NCBI GenBank assembly: GCA_964016885.1
Contig: OZ024743.1
Coordinates: 204,166,001-204,230,000, forward strand
Length of the DNA stretch: 64,000 bases
Reading direction: 5' to 3'
Origin: Eledone cirrhosa
Lineage: Eukaryota
Under the pieces are notes generated by a model that was not told where the DNA came from, made no database searches, and saw only the letters and a program-made list of their open reading frames with translations. The translations under genes and the position numbers were made by a program. Position 1 is the stretch's first letter, and every line of letters begins with the position of its first letter. Shown here in pieces: positions 42,408 through 56,423 of this stretch.

Positions 42408-44546
42408 TATAACAAAATACTGGTGTGTATGAATATAACAAATATGCTCAGTTGTGTATATAAAGTTTAATTAACAAGTTGAAGTTATGTAGAATAGTAT
42501 AGTTGACATGCCCTTGAGTAGATGAAAGAATGAAGTAAAGTTATTTGTTACCGTTTTGAAGTTAGCTCGCAAGAGACCATGTTAGGGTTTCCAGACGAAC
42601 GCGCCTGGCCGAAGAGCCAGGCAGGTTAGAAGAGAGTGAAGCATCGGCGAACGCACCGAAAGGGCAAATGAGAGAGAGATCGCTCTGAGTATCCCTCTTA
42701 TAGGGTCCAAGACGGAAGTGACAAAAAGGGTTCTGCCACCCCAACGGGAAGTAACTCCAGCTACTTCCTGTCTAGAGAGCGGTGATGTGATTGTCATAAC
42801 AAGGGAGGCAACTCTTGCTGCATTAACTCCCGCCAGATTTTTTTAATATAAAAATCGAATGAACCATGTATGGAGTAAGATGGCGAGCATGTAATACCAA
42901 AGTCCAGGCATGAAAATTACGAAAAAAATAATGTTTGCAATAAAAGGAAAACAGCAAAATATATGCATGCAAAAATCAATGATAGATATCAAGGTAGCCA
43001 ACCGCTCTTGGCCAGAGAACGACTGGACATCTATCAATCCATCACTCAAAGATACAATGTAATCAAAGTAAAAGAAGAGGTCAAAGTTCAAATGTTCAAA
43101 ATACAATTCACATGTGTGCAATCACATGACAACAGGAAAGAAAGTGTGTCATCCAGAGAATGTATGCAGGTGGTTTGTAGACTGTGGTGCAACGTGAAAA
43201 TCGGTGGGACTTTCTCACAGGAAGAGTGCTGCAAAAATAAGTTCTCTGTTTTGTTCTGCTGGTTTTGGTTGTTGATGTTGTTGTCTGGCGGAGTGAGCGT
43301 ATTCGATGTTGTTTCCGTTCAGTGAAATCTTTCCCAGAAAAGATGAGTTGCGCAAAGTGCTAGTAATAACAGCCACAGTTGATGGTCGATGTTGAGAATG
43401 CGTTGACCTGGAAGGGTCAACAGGCCAGCGACCAAAGAAATAAGTATTCTGAATAAATGCGCAGTTTTCAACGGCAAATTTACGAGGTAAATTTTTAAAC
43501 CGGAAAATAGGAGAATATAGCTTAAGGCTGGAGAATCCTTGGCAAGAAACATTATCTATGGCGTGTGTTATCTCAGTGAGTCGAGATGTGTGCTCCCATT
43601 ACGTGCCGAAACAAGGTTAAAGTCAAGTGGAAAAAAATATATTTCTATTGCGCGAGAAAATGGCGCGAAAATGATAGTACAACAAGTCGTTGGCAGCCAT
43701 TTTGAAAAATGTGTGTGTGAACGTGATAATATGATGAAAAAGAAAGAAAGGCTTCACTTGGTATAACAAATATGGCGAGTTCAACTTTTTTGTGAACGAT
43801 GAAAAATGCTTGGCGGAAGAAATAAGCAATAGTTGAGATTCAGCGAAAATAAATGTTGAAATGTGTAAAAAAAAAAAATCAAATTTCTCTTTTTTTTAAA
43901 GTGTTCGTTGTAAGAAGAAACGAAAAACATATATATACATCCAGTGAAATGCGACACATAGTTGATGTACGACACGTGCGTGAAAGGCAAAATTTTCTGT
44001 TTATTTTGCTTGCTGAGAAATAATTTTTTTTTTTTTTTTTTTTGATGTGTTCGTTATGAGACAGTATATGCGGAGAGAAATCCATGTTTAAGGAGGTCTG
44101 AGAGATTTCTTAGTCCGAATAAAAATAATATCACGTTAGGTGAGAGAAGAAGAGTCTGTCTGAACGAGAATTTCACATGTGCGTGTGTTAGTTTCTGTGT
44201 CTTTGTTAATAAAGTTTGCTGCGTATTCGAAATGTGGTCGACACACTCCAACGAAAATGAGGTACTGTTAATTAATTTTTTTATATATATTCACACAACA
44301 CCAGATCCTATCATTTTTTCTTTTTTCGGGGTCACCACTTATAACAAAATACTGGTGTGTATGAATATAACAGGAGACTCCGTCGTGTGTATAAAGTTTA
44401 ATTAACAAGTTGAAGTTATGTAGAATAGTATAGTTGACATGCCCATGAGTAGATGAAAGAATGAAGTAAAGTTATTTGTTACCGTTTTGAAGTTAGCTCG
44501 CAAGAGACCATGTTAGGGTTGCCAGACGAACGCGCCTGGCCGAAGA
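42408..44546 (-). mobile_element. Internally deleted Gypsy-like LTR retrotransposon
   Basis: Direct repeats 42408-42615 and 44340-44546; PBS TGGTGACCCCGA at 44326-44337; PPT-like tctggcgggagttaa before the 3' LTR (42408-42822); no pol. Confidence 0.75.
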
Positions 44547-44845
44547 CGATACAGCCCATCGGGCCTCTGTAGCATCAGTTCCCCCACCCTTGTAATTTGA
44601 AAATAGAATTGGCCGAATACGTTTTACTAACTACTTATAGCAGACGTGTTAAACCCTTTTAATTTTGTATCAGTTTTGGTACTACTCAATTTCTACAAGT
44701 TGACCGCTCCACTCACTCCCCTATTGTTCTACAGGCAAGTTCAGCCACCCCTACCTCCCACCAAATGCCATGATAGACTTATTTGTGTTTACAACAAATT
44801 TTAACCAATCCTCTTGACAACTACAATCTTCCCATATAAGGAAGT

Positions 44846-44942
44846 ACCCCCTTGACAAGTTCGGGTATTTATTCACCAGGCTAAAAATTCTAATTTAGTC
44901 CAGAAATAGCCGTCGAAACGGCTTGAGCTCTGCCGTCCGGGT
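44846..44942 (+). ncRNA. Hammerhead-like motif with U3-A8 core and full stem III
   Basis: ACCCCC-UUGACAA-stem II (cgg.uauuu..aaauagccg)-GAAA-CGGC uugagcucu GCCG-UC^CGGGU; the 3' half recurs at 28311-28350. Confidence 0.5.
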
Positions 44943-44954
44943 CATATTTTCTCC

Positions 44955-45046
<92 letters not shown>

Positions 45047-45119
45047 GAGAGAGATAATATCATACAGAGAGAGAAAGTGAGAGAGGAGGGTGAGAAAGAG
45101 AGAGAGAGTGAGTGTGATT

Positions 45120-45810
45120 CGGAGTTACCAGTTTAGTGTAGTTTGACCATGTTCAAGAAGGTTTGAAATATATGCGTTTCAGGTTAATGAATTCGAGTCC
45201 GTTTATGATGAAATTTTTATTGAAGAGGTTTGGTAGTTGATAAGGGATGAGTCTAGCCAGTATTTAATCGTTTCCATTACATAATCGTGTGATATGTTAC
45301 TGTATAGGCTCACAACATCCAATGAGACCATGTAAGCAGTTTGGTAGTTGATAAGGGAATGAGTCTGGCCAGTATTTAATCGTTTCCATTACGTAATCGT
45401 GTGGAATGTTACTGTATAGGGTCACAACATCCAATGAGACCATGTAAGTGTTTTGGCTTACATAAACTGGTAGAGGGTTGAGAAAATCTAAATCATCTAA
45501 TATAAAACTTCGAATATGTTTGAGGAGAGGTTTAAATATAAGAAATTGCTTAGACGGTGTGTTTTGCTAATTGAGTCTGCTATAATAGGATTTAAGTCAG
45601 GGGTTGTGAGTATATTAACACAATTGTTTTTCCTCATTTTGCATATCTCCTTAATTAATTAATGTACTTTCGACAAACCATCGAGATTAGTCGTTTTACC
45701 TCTAAAATTAGTGAGATAGTCTAATTCTGTTAACAGTTAGGCAGTTTGATATGGGTATTGTAAATCAGTGAATTGTTTCATCACATTATGGAGTTTGTAG
45801 TCCTTGGCTT
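45120..45810 (-). mobile_element. Penelope-like RT fragment (different PLE lineage) with an internal tandem duplication
   Basis: SFILDDLDFL...MVSLDVVTLYSNIPHD; ~120-bp duplication at 45225-45450. Confidence 0.65.
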
Positions 45811-45819
45811 CCCCACTTT

Positions 45820-48372
45820 TATATAAAAACTTAGAACTTTCCTCAAAGACTATTATAATCTCACTATTACATTTGAAAACACCAGTAAAATAGTCAATTT
45901 CCTAGATATAAGTTTGGACCTATCTACGGGTATCTACCAACCTTACCATAAACCTAACCAAAACTTGCATTACATACACTCACAATCCAATCACCCTAGA
46001 TCTATCCTTAAAAACCTAGCATATAACATCTCACTCAGGATCTCTAACCTTTCATCAAATCAGGATGTATTCGATGAAAACGTGCCCTTTTATAACGAAG
46101 CTTTAGCTAGAAGCGGCCACAAAAACAAATTAGTATACATACCTTGCACCAATAATATTTCAAACATACAACCTAATATTACCAACAAACACCAAATGAA
46201 AATCCCACACCTAAATGCCACTCATATTACACCTAAAAACACCAACCTAAAACTTAATTTCTCTACCTCTTCTCACATAAAATATAATGACTTTCAAAAA
46301 TCCATTTATCCTAATACTCCAACATATGTTAACAACAGTACTAACAAAATTCCTAATAATCAGACTAAAACACCAAAATCAGTTAATCTAACTAAACCTA
46401 TATATAATAAAATCACTAATAGTAACTCTCTTAGTAAACCTCCTGATACATCGTATAAATATAAGAAACAATATCGAAACCGTAATAGACGGGCTACTTG
46501 GTATAATGCTCCATTTAATCTACAAATTAAAGACCATATCCCTAAAAATTTATTTGCTAGCCTAGAGAAAAACTTCCCACCAAACCATAAATACCATCAA
46601 ATTTTAAATAGATCTACAGTCAAATTTTCCTACTCCACTACCAAAAATATACAACAGAATATAAGTGCGTACAACGCATATAAGTGTAAAAAAAAACATA
46701 AATTTACCACCAACACATCAAACCAACCATAATAATACTAAAATAAACCATAACAAACCATCATCTCCTTCACCTATAACAAGTCCTGTACATGCCACAC
46801 CAAATTTGACTAACTCCCGATATAATATTCACGAATGGTTATAACTGTAGAATCAAAAGAAATTGCCCATTAAAGGGTAATTGTCTTATTAATAACATAG
46901 TCTATAAATGTAAAATTAGCACTGAGGACTCCACTTATTCATATATAGGAGCTACGTCTAACCAATTTAAAGTAAGATTTAATACCCACAAACATAGTTT
47001 TTAAAATGCCGCATTAGCTAATACAACATCTTTGGCTGAAACAATTAATAATTATAGAAAGAAGAACATCGATTACAACCTGACCTGGAGCGGGCTCAAA
47101 AGTGCCACCCCTTATCAAAATAGCAGATACGAGTGTAGGTTATGCTCCCAAGAACTTTTTGAAATCATGAAATCTAAGGATATCCTACTAAATAAGCGAC
47201 AGGAATTAATTATATCTTGCAATCATAGAATTAGAAGAACCTTCAAATATTATAAACCTAATTAATATACACCTTACTCTTATATTTTACAAATTATTAT
47301 AATTGTTTTTTTTTTATTTAGTTAACCTATAATTAGTATTTTACTACAGAGAATTTCATATTTTTATTTCCCTCTTACAGCTCTCTTTTCCTAAAATTAT
47401 TTTTAATCACACTACTTCATTTAGTCGCATCCCCTATTTATCACATTTAATACCTATGATTATTAAATATAATTAATATCTTTAATATTATCAATGTCCG
47501 TATAAAAATGTTTATAAAAATTTTTATCTACTTCAGTTTTTCCATATATTTATTTTTTATTTTTTATTGCTTTAATGTCTTACTTCTTTATTTATCACAT
47601 TCATATGAATTAATATAATTTTATCCCTGTAAGTATACCTATAAATTAATTTAATTTCCTGTTATGTATTTAGATTCCCTGTAGTTTAAATAAGATTGGT
47701 ATTTCTCACTAATACCCTTATCCCAAAATTTTATTTTCCTTCGTTTTTAACAACACTCTTTAATAACATCAAGTTTTTATTTATCACATTCATATGAATT
47801 ATTATAATATTATCCCTGTAAGTATACCTATCAGTTAATTTAAGTTCTTGTTATATATCTAGATTCCTTGTGGTTTAAATAAGATAGGTGTTTCTTACTA
47901 ATAGGTTTCGCACCCAAAATTTTATTTTCCTTCGTTTTTAACAATATTGTTTAATAACATCAAATGTTCGAGTACCATTCACTATCTTCTTGACTTGACC
48001 TCATTTCATCTCCATAGTATTCTTTTCATTCAAAGCATAAGTCTGCACTCCTATACCCCTGGATTTAATTTCTACTACTGTCATTCTATCAACTTGACCT
48101 CTAACTCCTTTTCTATTGGTCAATTCAAAATATGTTCCCAAACAGACCCTTTATACTAATTCTTTGTTTTTTTCAATAAACACATCTCATCATTTCTGAG
48201 GACGGCATGTATATGTGAAGGTATTTATATTTCCTCTGATAATTTGTAATATTTTTACATTGATCTATATGATATACATACCAACACACATACATCCCAG
48301 AAACGATCGTAAAATGATGAATTTTTTAATATAAGGAAATTGTTCTTTGTGTTTATTTCATTGTTTTTATTA

Positions 48373-48375
<3 letters not shown>
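45820..48375 (+). mobile_element. Penelope-like element, 3' half (thumb, CxCx5C linker, GIY-YIG, 3' UTR)
   Basis: YHKPNQ..YIHSQSNHPRSI, WYNAPF, YNCRIKRNCPLKGNC..YIGATS, CRLCSQE; ends in (TA)n. Confidence 0.85.
48187..48320 (+). ncRNA. Type I hammerhead with extended stem II at the PLE 3' end
   Basis: Perfect 9-bp stem I UCAUCAUUU/AAAUGAUGA, CUGAGGA, ~95-nt stem II, GAAAC GAUC GUA^. Confidence 0.75.
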
Positions 48376-48419
<44 letters not shown>

Positions 48420-48825
48420 CACACACACACATATAAATGTATATGTATATGTATATATATATATGAATCTGTGCGTGTGTGTATATATATATGTGTGTGT
48501 GTGCGCGCACGTGTAAAGAGATTAACACCGATAAGCGATTTCTCGTATACCTATATAGGGGGTGTGGTTGGGGTTCTCAGCCTTCTTATGGAGGTAGGAA
48601 CATTGTCAGATTCATTGATTTTGTAACCAGTTCTATTGCTAGTTAACTGTTATTTTTACAATCTCTTAGGAGTCATCTGCCTCACGCCAATCGTTTCTTA
48701 AACTGATAAACATTAACATCAAATGCAACACAAACTACTACATTTATGGCACGCAACCATAATAACATGGTTCAGGGGAGACAACTATTTTATTTATAAA
48801 GCAGTCTTTTGCATCCATTGTGAAT

Positions 48826-49003
48826 TGGCAGTATCGGTAGAGGGTTGGACGCCATGCTTTCTAGCATAGTTACGTCCCTTTACAGTCTGAGTTCAAATCC
48901 CGCCGAGGTTAACTTTGCCTTTCATCCTTACGGGGTCGATAAAATAAAGTACCAGTAATATACTGGTTAATTGCTGGCCTTGTGCCTAAAGTAGAAACAA
49001 TTA
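48826..49003 (+). mobile_element. tRNA-derived SINE
   Basis: Nearly identical to 31216-31402. Confidence 0.88.
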
Positions 49004-49179
49004 TTTATAGTAAAGAAGATAAACTACCATTAATACACCCATTACTTTTTTTTATTCTTAACATTAATGAATTTTTTTTTTACTCAACGACACTAAACTG
49101 TAGTGATATTTTATTCAAATTACAAATACAAAAAATATATTATAATATTATAAATAAAAAGAAATAGAAATATAATAAT

Positions 49180-50072
49180 ACAATGCTTACAGGATGAAAG
49201 CAAACACAAATAATATATATAGAAGGGGTGGACAACCGAACCACTACTAGAGCAAAAGATAGCAGTATCGTGAGGAGCACTGGGAAACCTCTCCAATGAT
49301 TTTTTAGGCAAGCCAGCATGCTGGCAGCGTTACCCTGGGTGATGGCCAGGATGATGCGTTGGAAGAACCAAGCGCACTTGTGAGATTCACCAGTTACCTC
49401 TGATAGGCGAGCCACCAGTGAAGATAAGAATCTCGCAGTCAGCAGCCTGACTCCTCCAAATGTCTCGAACACCACAGGCTGGAAAATGTAGTTGACCGAC
49501 ATATCCCAGTATTTTAGGATTTTGCTCCGTTCAGCTGCGGAAGCTGTGGCTCTCGCCCTAACTGCAGCATCCAGGATGAGGGAAGAAGCAAAAGAGTCAC
49601 TAACTGTGACGTCCCAGGCAAGGCACCTGCCTCTCGAGCAGGGGCACAGGGTAAGGTTGTCAGGTCTTTTCCCATCACTCCTGGACAGCCCACAAGGTTC
49701 CAAGATTGAGGGGATGTTCGCCCGGGCCAAAGATCTCTTGAGAATAAGGTTTAGCTCCGTGTGACGTGCGAAGTGACCGGCATTCAGGCAGCAAGAAATA
49801 CTGTGGAGTCGAGCAGTTTTCCACATATACAACTCAAACCTGTACAGACGTCAGCTACCACAGTGAGGGCAATAGAGACACGAAGTTCATCCAAGCTGAG
49901 TAGGCCACCAATGTTAGCCATGGGTAGAGCATCAACCCAGTCACCTGAGTATTTGGTGCGAGCAGATAGTAAGCGACACCTTGTAAACTGACCCAACTGG
50001 ACGAAGAGGGATTCGAAGGTGGCCTTCGAACTTATGATATCCCAAGCTCTCTGACTTCGACTGTCCTCCCCC
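49180..50072 (-). mobile_element. CRE-like RLE non-LTR retrotransposon 3' fragment
   Basis: SGDWVDALP, CICG..HSISC..RH, SRSDGKRPD.LTL.P..RGRCLAWDVTVSD, FQRI.LAI.QGNAAS. Confidence 0.8.
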
Positions 50073-50866
50073 TTCTCAGGAAAAGTCATCTGGAAAACAA
50101 GATGTTTGAACGCATTTGTTCGTTTGAAAAGAAACTGCAACTTTTTCAGACTCAGCTGAGTAGAACAGCACTTATTCATTTTCCCAGTCTAGCTGTCAGA
50201 AAAGCAGAAATGCCAGATTTGGATTGTTCCAAATATGCTGAATGTGTTGGCAAGTTGCATGCTAAATTTATAAGCAGATTTGCTGATTTCAGGAAATGTG
50301 AAACTGAGTTCAAACTGTTTTGTCAGCCATTTGACATGGCACCTGAAGAGACAGTCCTAATTGTTTCCAAATGAAGCTGATAGATTTGCAGTCTGATATG
50401 CACTTGAGAAGAGCATTTGATAACAATGATTTGGTAACTTTCTACAAAAATTATGTATGTGGTAATCATCCAAATTTGGAGCAACATGCTAGGAAAATGA
50501 CAATTTTTTTTGGCAGCACATATTGTTGTGAGCAGTTCTTTTCAAGAATGAAATTTACTAGGAATAGATACCGAAGTCAGCTCACTATTGAATATCTGAC
50601 CAGTCAGCTTCGAGTTGCCACCACATCACATCAGTCAAACCAGACATTGATAAATTGTGGAAAAACACCAAATACCAAGTCTTACATTGATAAAACTAAA
50701 TTATATTTTATTTGTCTTTATTGTTTAAAAATGTATTCACAATGTATTTATGACTCAATTCACTGGTTTTCATTAGATTACATATTTCTGACAGAGACTG
50801 GTCCTAATAGTTGTTCCAATGATCAAAAGTGGCCTGCTAATGGAATATGTTGCACACCTCCGCTTT
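50073..50866 (+). mobile_element. hAT (SPIN/GTF2IRD2-like) transposase 3' fragment
   Basis: FEKKLQLF, HFPSL, F.SRFADF, dimerisation motif FGSTYCCEQFFSRMK..RSQLT; terminal ttgcacacctccg. Confidence 0.85.
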
Positions 50867-51739
50867 ATACTCTCTTTTTTTTATATATATGTATATATCA
50901 TAGGTACGTGTACAATCCAATCCAAGAAGAGAGTGTAGAGATTAGTTTGTGAAAAGGAAATTACAGGAGCAAGGAGGGCAATGTACTCCATGTGTAAAGC
51001 ATGCAAGATAAGTGTTCAGAGAAGGCAAAATAAACTATAAGCCAAACATTAAATATAAAGGCAAAGCGTAAATATCAACATTATAATTAGAGAAATTCCA
51101 CCAAAATTCATGAAGAAGTGTTTATTAATTTACAATTGTTTCGAAGGGGAAGGTCAAAATCCAATCTATCAATATTTCAATCGATCAATATTTCAATTAC
51201 GTGTTATTAAAAGCTAGTACGACCAGATCCTTGTCTTCAGAATATACATCAAGTGTGAAAAACATACCAGTAATTTTACGAAAAGGAAACCATAGTGGGA
51301 ATCAGCCAGAAGGGTCCCAACATATTTTCTGTTCACAAATTTGGGATCAGTATTTCAGTAGCCATTATTATAGAACATTAACGTGACTGAGCATTACGCA
51401 AACTTGTGTACCTTTAAGGCAGTTCTCAAGGGGATTCAGCATGAAACAGAATGTGATAATATTAATAACAAAAACAAAATTTAATCATAATGGGTTTATT
51501 TTATTTGCTAAAAATAGGATGCCATTACAAGGGGATTTTAAAATGAATAAAAAAAGAATGTATGAAAATAAAAATATAAAACTTAAAATGTAAGCATATT
51601 ATATTGATTACTAACATTGGTACAGAGCCTTAAATTGGGGAAGAGAACAATTGATTATATTGATAACGATTATAGTGATTATATTGATATCAGCTTATAT
51701 AATATAAAATATTGAAATATCAGTATAAATTAATGTTTT

Positions 51740-51935
51740 TTAAGCAATAGTAAAAAGAATACTTAGTATGGATAACGCAATGAAGTAAACATTTATGGCT
51801 GGTTTTATACCATCTGAAGTGATATCTTTACACTTCTGAGACATGATATCATGGAAATATTCTTTAAGTACTTTAGTAAACTCCTTTTTGCAATTAAGGT
51901 TAACAACGATTTCATCCATTGTTGATTTCAATATT
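51740..51935 (-). CDS. Paralog B terminal exon with GPI-like tail
   Basis: tttacag acceptor; (P)ILKSTMDEIVVNLNCKKEFTKVLKEYFHDIMSQKC..AINVYFIALSILSILFTIA*. Confidence 0.85.
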
Positions 51936-52329
51936 CTGTAAAAATAAAAGTAACAGATTGAAGATTTTCTTAACTTATGTAGATATTTAAATGAGAAAGT
52001 GAAACCTAAAGAATGGTATATTTAGCTAGTCTATGTTTAAAAAAGTGTGTGCATATGAGTGTATATGCTTGTTATGTGAAGATGCATGCATAACTTAGGG
52101 ATTAGGGCATTTGTATCATGATTGTAAGATTGTATGTTTATTTACCAAGAGCACACTGTTCCTTTGAGCATTCTCTGTGCTGCATTCCACATAACTGGCA
52201 AAACAATTCTTAATTTATAAAGAATTTTCGAAACAGGTAATGATATCTAAAGAATGATTCCCTCAAATAATTTAATACAACTTGATTAAAAAAGTATTGA
52301 ATATTTAATGTTTAAATTAGAATATTATA

Positions 52330-52722
52330 TTTACACCAGACAATCCAGCGAAGGCTGGCAAGAAATGTAGCAAGCATGCTCCAATAGATATGCAATATCA
52401 ATGTGCATGTACAACCAAGCATGGACGAGGTGAGAGTGAAACTGTGTGTAAGAGGGATAAACTGTAGTGTGCGGGAGAGAAGACTGTGTTGGTATGACCA
52501 TGGGATGTGCATGGAAGATTACTGCAAAGAAATCCCGGGGAAAGGAAAACGCAGAAGAAGACCATGAAAAACATGGGCGGCGGTGGTGAGAGCTGACCTC
52601 AGATTGCTGAATCTCACAGAGAAGAAGGCAAAGGACCGTGACGAATGGAGAGATGCTGTGCTGAAGAGGACATGACCCACCCTTGTAAGCAGGGAAAAGC
52701 GGACGTAAAATGATGATGATTA
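52330..52722 (+). mobile_element. RTE 3'-end fragment with (ATG)n tail
   Basis: Decayed W.GH..RM..GR..TW..V.ADL motifs, ending ggacgtaaaatgatgatgat. Related reverse copies lie at ~56520-57060 and ~60197-60720. Confidence 0.65.
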
Positions 52723-52985
52723 TAATGAACCCACTGCTACAACTGGTACACACATCTATCTACAACCAGATGTATATATATCACTGTGAATTTCATGTGA
52801 AACATTTGAAGAGGAGGGTGTACATATTATTGTATATTGCTGTTATATATTATATCAATTAGAGAGATGAGAGTCAACCCTGTTGATATCCAAATGCAGA
52901 ATATTCTGGTTTCTGCCTAATTACTGTAAAATTCTACAGCATATCTGAATCAAGAATTATTTAGAAATAACTTTTCTCTACATAC

Positions 52986-53133
52986 GGACAATATTTTTCG
53001 TAGTATTGCGGTTTTGAGATCTCTTTCATTTGCACTTGCTTCATTAAGGGCATTGATTTGTTGCTATATACCATCATTATAGGTTCAATATTCTTCGAGT
53101 TTTTCATTAAACAAGGTGTTCCTTGAATTATAA
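52986..53133 (-). CDS. Paralog B internal exon (148 nt)
   Basis: tttcag|...|gtatgt; VIIQGTPCLMKNSKNIEP...QYYEKYCP. Confidence 0.85.
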
Positions 53134-56100
53134 CTGAAATAGAAATAAGAAAAATGTGATCAACATAAATATTTTACAAGTTTCTTGAAATCGTGTGTGT
53201 GTGTCAACTCTCCCAGTCCGATGGGGACATCTCCCACCCACTTTAGGGTAGGTGAGAGATCTCTTCTCTTGCAAAAATGGGTATAGCTTTCATTATTTTT
53301 TTTCATGGTACTCCCCGTTTGGATTTTTAGAGGTTGACAGATATGAGTGGGCAATGATGCTTTGCAAATATAGCTCAAGTTTTTCAATTTCAAGGGCTCA
53401 GCAATTGTTGTTATAAAAGTAGAAGAGGCAGAGATGATGCAGAATAGTATTTGTAGATTCAGTATCTGCCAGTCAGTTGGAGAAGAATCTGTAAGTTTTT
53501 TTTTATTAATAAGTAAAGTGCATTCTTGTTTTGTTTTGGTATAAAGAGTGAATAGGTATTAAATATATTGAGACTAGTGCCACATTTCCAGTGGATGACA
53601 TTTTCAAATAGTGTTTGTTGATTAAAATCCTTGTGTATTATCATTTATATGGACAGGGTTAACATGAATTAAATCTTTTGTGTATAGAAAGACTATTCAG
53701 ATATATATAACTGAATTGTATGACAAACCAGAGTTAATAAAATATGGCTCAGATAGATTAGAGCCATCTGGTAAGAAATTTCCAATACATATGTGACATG
53801 AACAACACAAAAAGACAGACATGAATGCAGGTATACACAGAGTCACATGTGGCTTTACTTTACTGCACCTTTGATTGCAGGCATGTGTATTTAATACATT
53901 TTATGCAGTTATTTTTTCTTCACCAGCAGCTCATGTATTCTTGCTGGAATTTTAATCTTAAAACTTGACCATTATACTTACTAGCAGAAAAACGACCCTT
54001 CAGGTGGTTTTCTGCTAGCATGTGTAGTATGCATATGCGAATATACATGCATGTAGATATGATACTTCAAATAAAACAGAAATTGAATAGAGACTGTGTT
54101 ACACTCTCTTCTGTAATCAGTAAAGTAATCCATGATACATTTAAAAAAGACGATATTATATATAAATTGCATTACGGTGAAATTTTATGAAAACAAAAAG
54201 GAGAAAATTAGTGCCAGAAATATAAAACTTATATAACAATGCAAATATATGAACGTTTACATAAGCGATCTAATAAGTGTTATGACATAACAGATGCTAA
54301 GCAGAAGTGTAGACATTTGAAAATTTTAAAAGAAGTGAATCTTAGAATAAACAATCATTATATATAAGAAAATTTATGTTTAATTAACAGCTACGAAATT
54401 TAGTACAAAAATTATGTAATATTCATTCATTATTTATTCAAATTAATCTAAGTTATTTTACTAACAGGATAAAAACATATATTCATGATGCAGTCCCGCA
54501 CTCCTCCCTTTATTATATTATGATACTTCATAAGTCACGTGTTTATGATGTGCATATGCCATTTATATGGTAGTGCTATTGATATAAGTAACCGTTCCAT
54601 GATTAAATGACTATTTAACCATTAAATGTGAAATTTACATGAAAGTCTCAAATACCTGAACTGTGGAGTAAAGAAATATTAATTGAAATTCAAATTGAAA
54701 GAAAGCATTCATGAAATTTAATCAGTAATGAATTTAAAGTTCGAAATAAATTAACATTCAGGTACATCAGCTAAATAAAAGACATGCGATTGTTTTATCT
54801 TATATACAACTGCTTTTATATTGTACTTTGGATTATTTTATTTAGAAATTTATGATTATTTATGTAAAACATTTAGTGTATTTTTGACCATTTTTATTTT
54901 TTTCCCTCTCTCCGAGTGTGAAAACTGACACTTAATTATCTCACATAATATCGAATCTATGAGATTTTGATATTATTTATTTTGAAAACAATATAAATAT
55001 TAGCAACCGGTTACACCCAGTTACAGCCAGTTTGAACAGTAAGAAGTGAGAGAATTCTGGTTGAATACAGCTATTTTGAATGCTAAATAATGAAGTTGTA
55101 TACAATTTGTATACATGTTTAACCTGTTTTTATAGTTTCCATGTAAATCTCAATCTTCATGTTGCAACTTGTGTTTATAATGAATCCTTCATTGAAACCC
55201 AGAGTGGCAAATAAATTAAATCATCTATCTATTTATATACTACTAAAACTCTGTGATTGTTTGCTTGCTTGTCTGTAATGTAATACAGCAAAAAGGGTGC
55301 ATAATGGGAAAATACTTTGAAAGGAAGTTGACCCTCAAATGGGCATACAAATGAAATAAATCAAATTTTGCGTAAATCGGAGGACAAGTTCCTAAGATAT
55401 GGGGTTTTTCCGGGTACCTTCATAAACAGAGAGAGAGAGAAAGAGATAGTAGTTGTGAGAGAGTAAATTGAAAGAGAGACATAGCGAGAGGGAGAGGAGA
55501 CAGGGAAGGAGAATGGAAGAGAAAGAGAGAGCTGTAGTGTTGTTGTATATATATATATATCTATATATATATATATGAGTAAGTTAAACAATTTTTCACT
55601 TCTTATTGTGTTTTTGTTTTGATATGCACTCTTTTTCCTGCTACTAATTTTGTCTTTTAAGTTGTGAATTAGACTGGTTATCTACACACGTGGCTGACAC
55701 ATTTCAGCTCGCTACTATATTGGTATATAATGGATGATCGCATTTAATGTCTGTTAAAGGTTCTTGGCACTACCATTGTTACCATCGCTTTCCTCTAGCC
55801 ATGGGCTTGGAGACATGAATCGAATGTTACCATTCTATTTTATATCAATGTGAACTGCTATTTCTAATAGCCATCTTTTCATCCCTTGATAATTTGTGTG
55901 TGAGACACGTTGGCTGAGGGCTTCTGACAGGAACTAATAGATTGATTCTTTTTAGCTTCCCGTCCCCACGTAAAATTTGTAGATCAGTGGCTAGTTGAGA
56001 GATAGAGTCCTATCGGTTGCCAGTTAATCGCTTTACCATGTCGGTTGTCACAAACAGTCATGACTGGCATGGGCCGGTGTTTTGATTATGTTAATCGATT

Positions 56101-56374
56101 GGTTATTGATTAGGCGATACCCGCTGATGAAGCTGCATAAGCCGATTGTGCATTGTTGCATAATATATGCAGACAGATGGTGCAGTGCACCTTACTGCTG
56201 CATTAGTGCTGCAGAAACTCGAGTCCGGGAACCTTATAGGCACCCGTTTTACGTGTGTTGTGTTGAGGCAAATAACTATGTGTATACTCTCGTAATGTAT
56301 CTTGCATTGCCCATTGAGTGCGCTGAGATACAACTGGTACTGGCATTGATAAATATGCTGGGTCCGTCAACCCT

Positions 56375-56423
<49 letters not shown>

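Noticed and set aside
51125-51185. Minus-strand GAAAC AATT GTA hammerhead half (also at ~63280)
   Set aside because: No intact CUGANGA core or stem II; too decayed to call.
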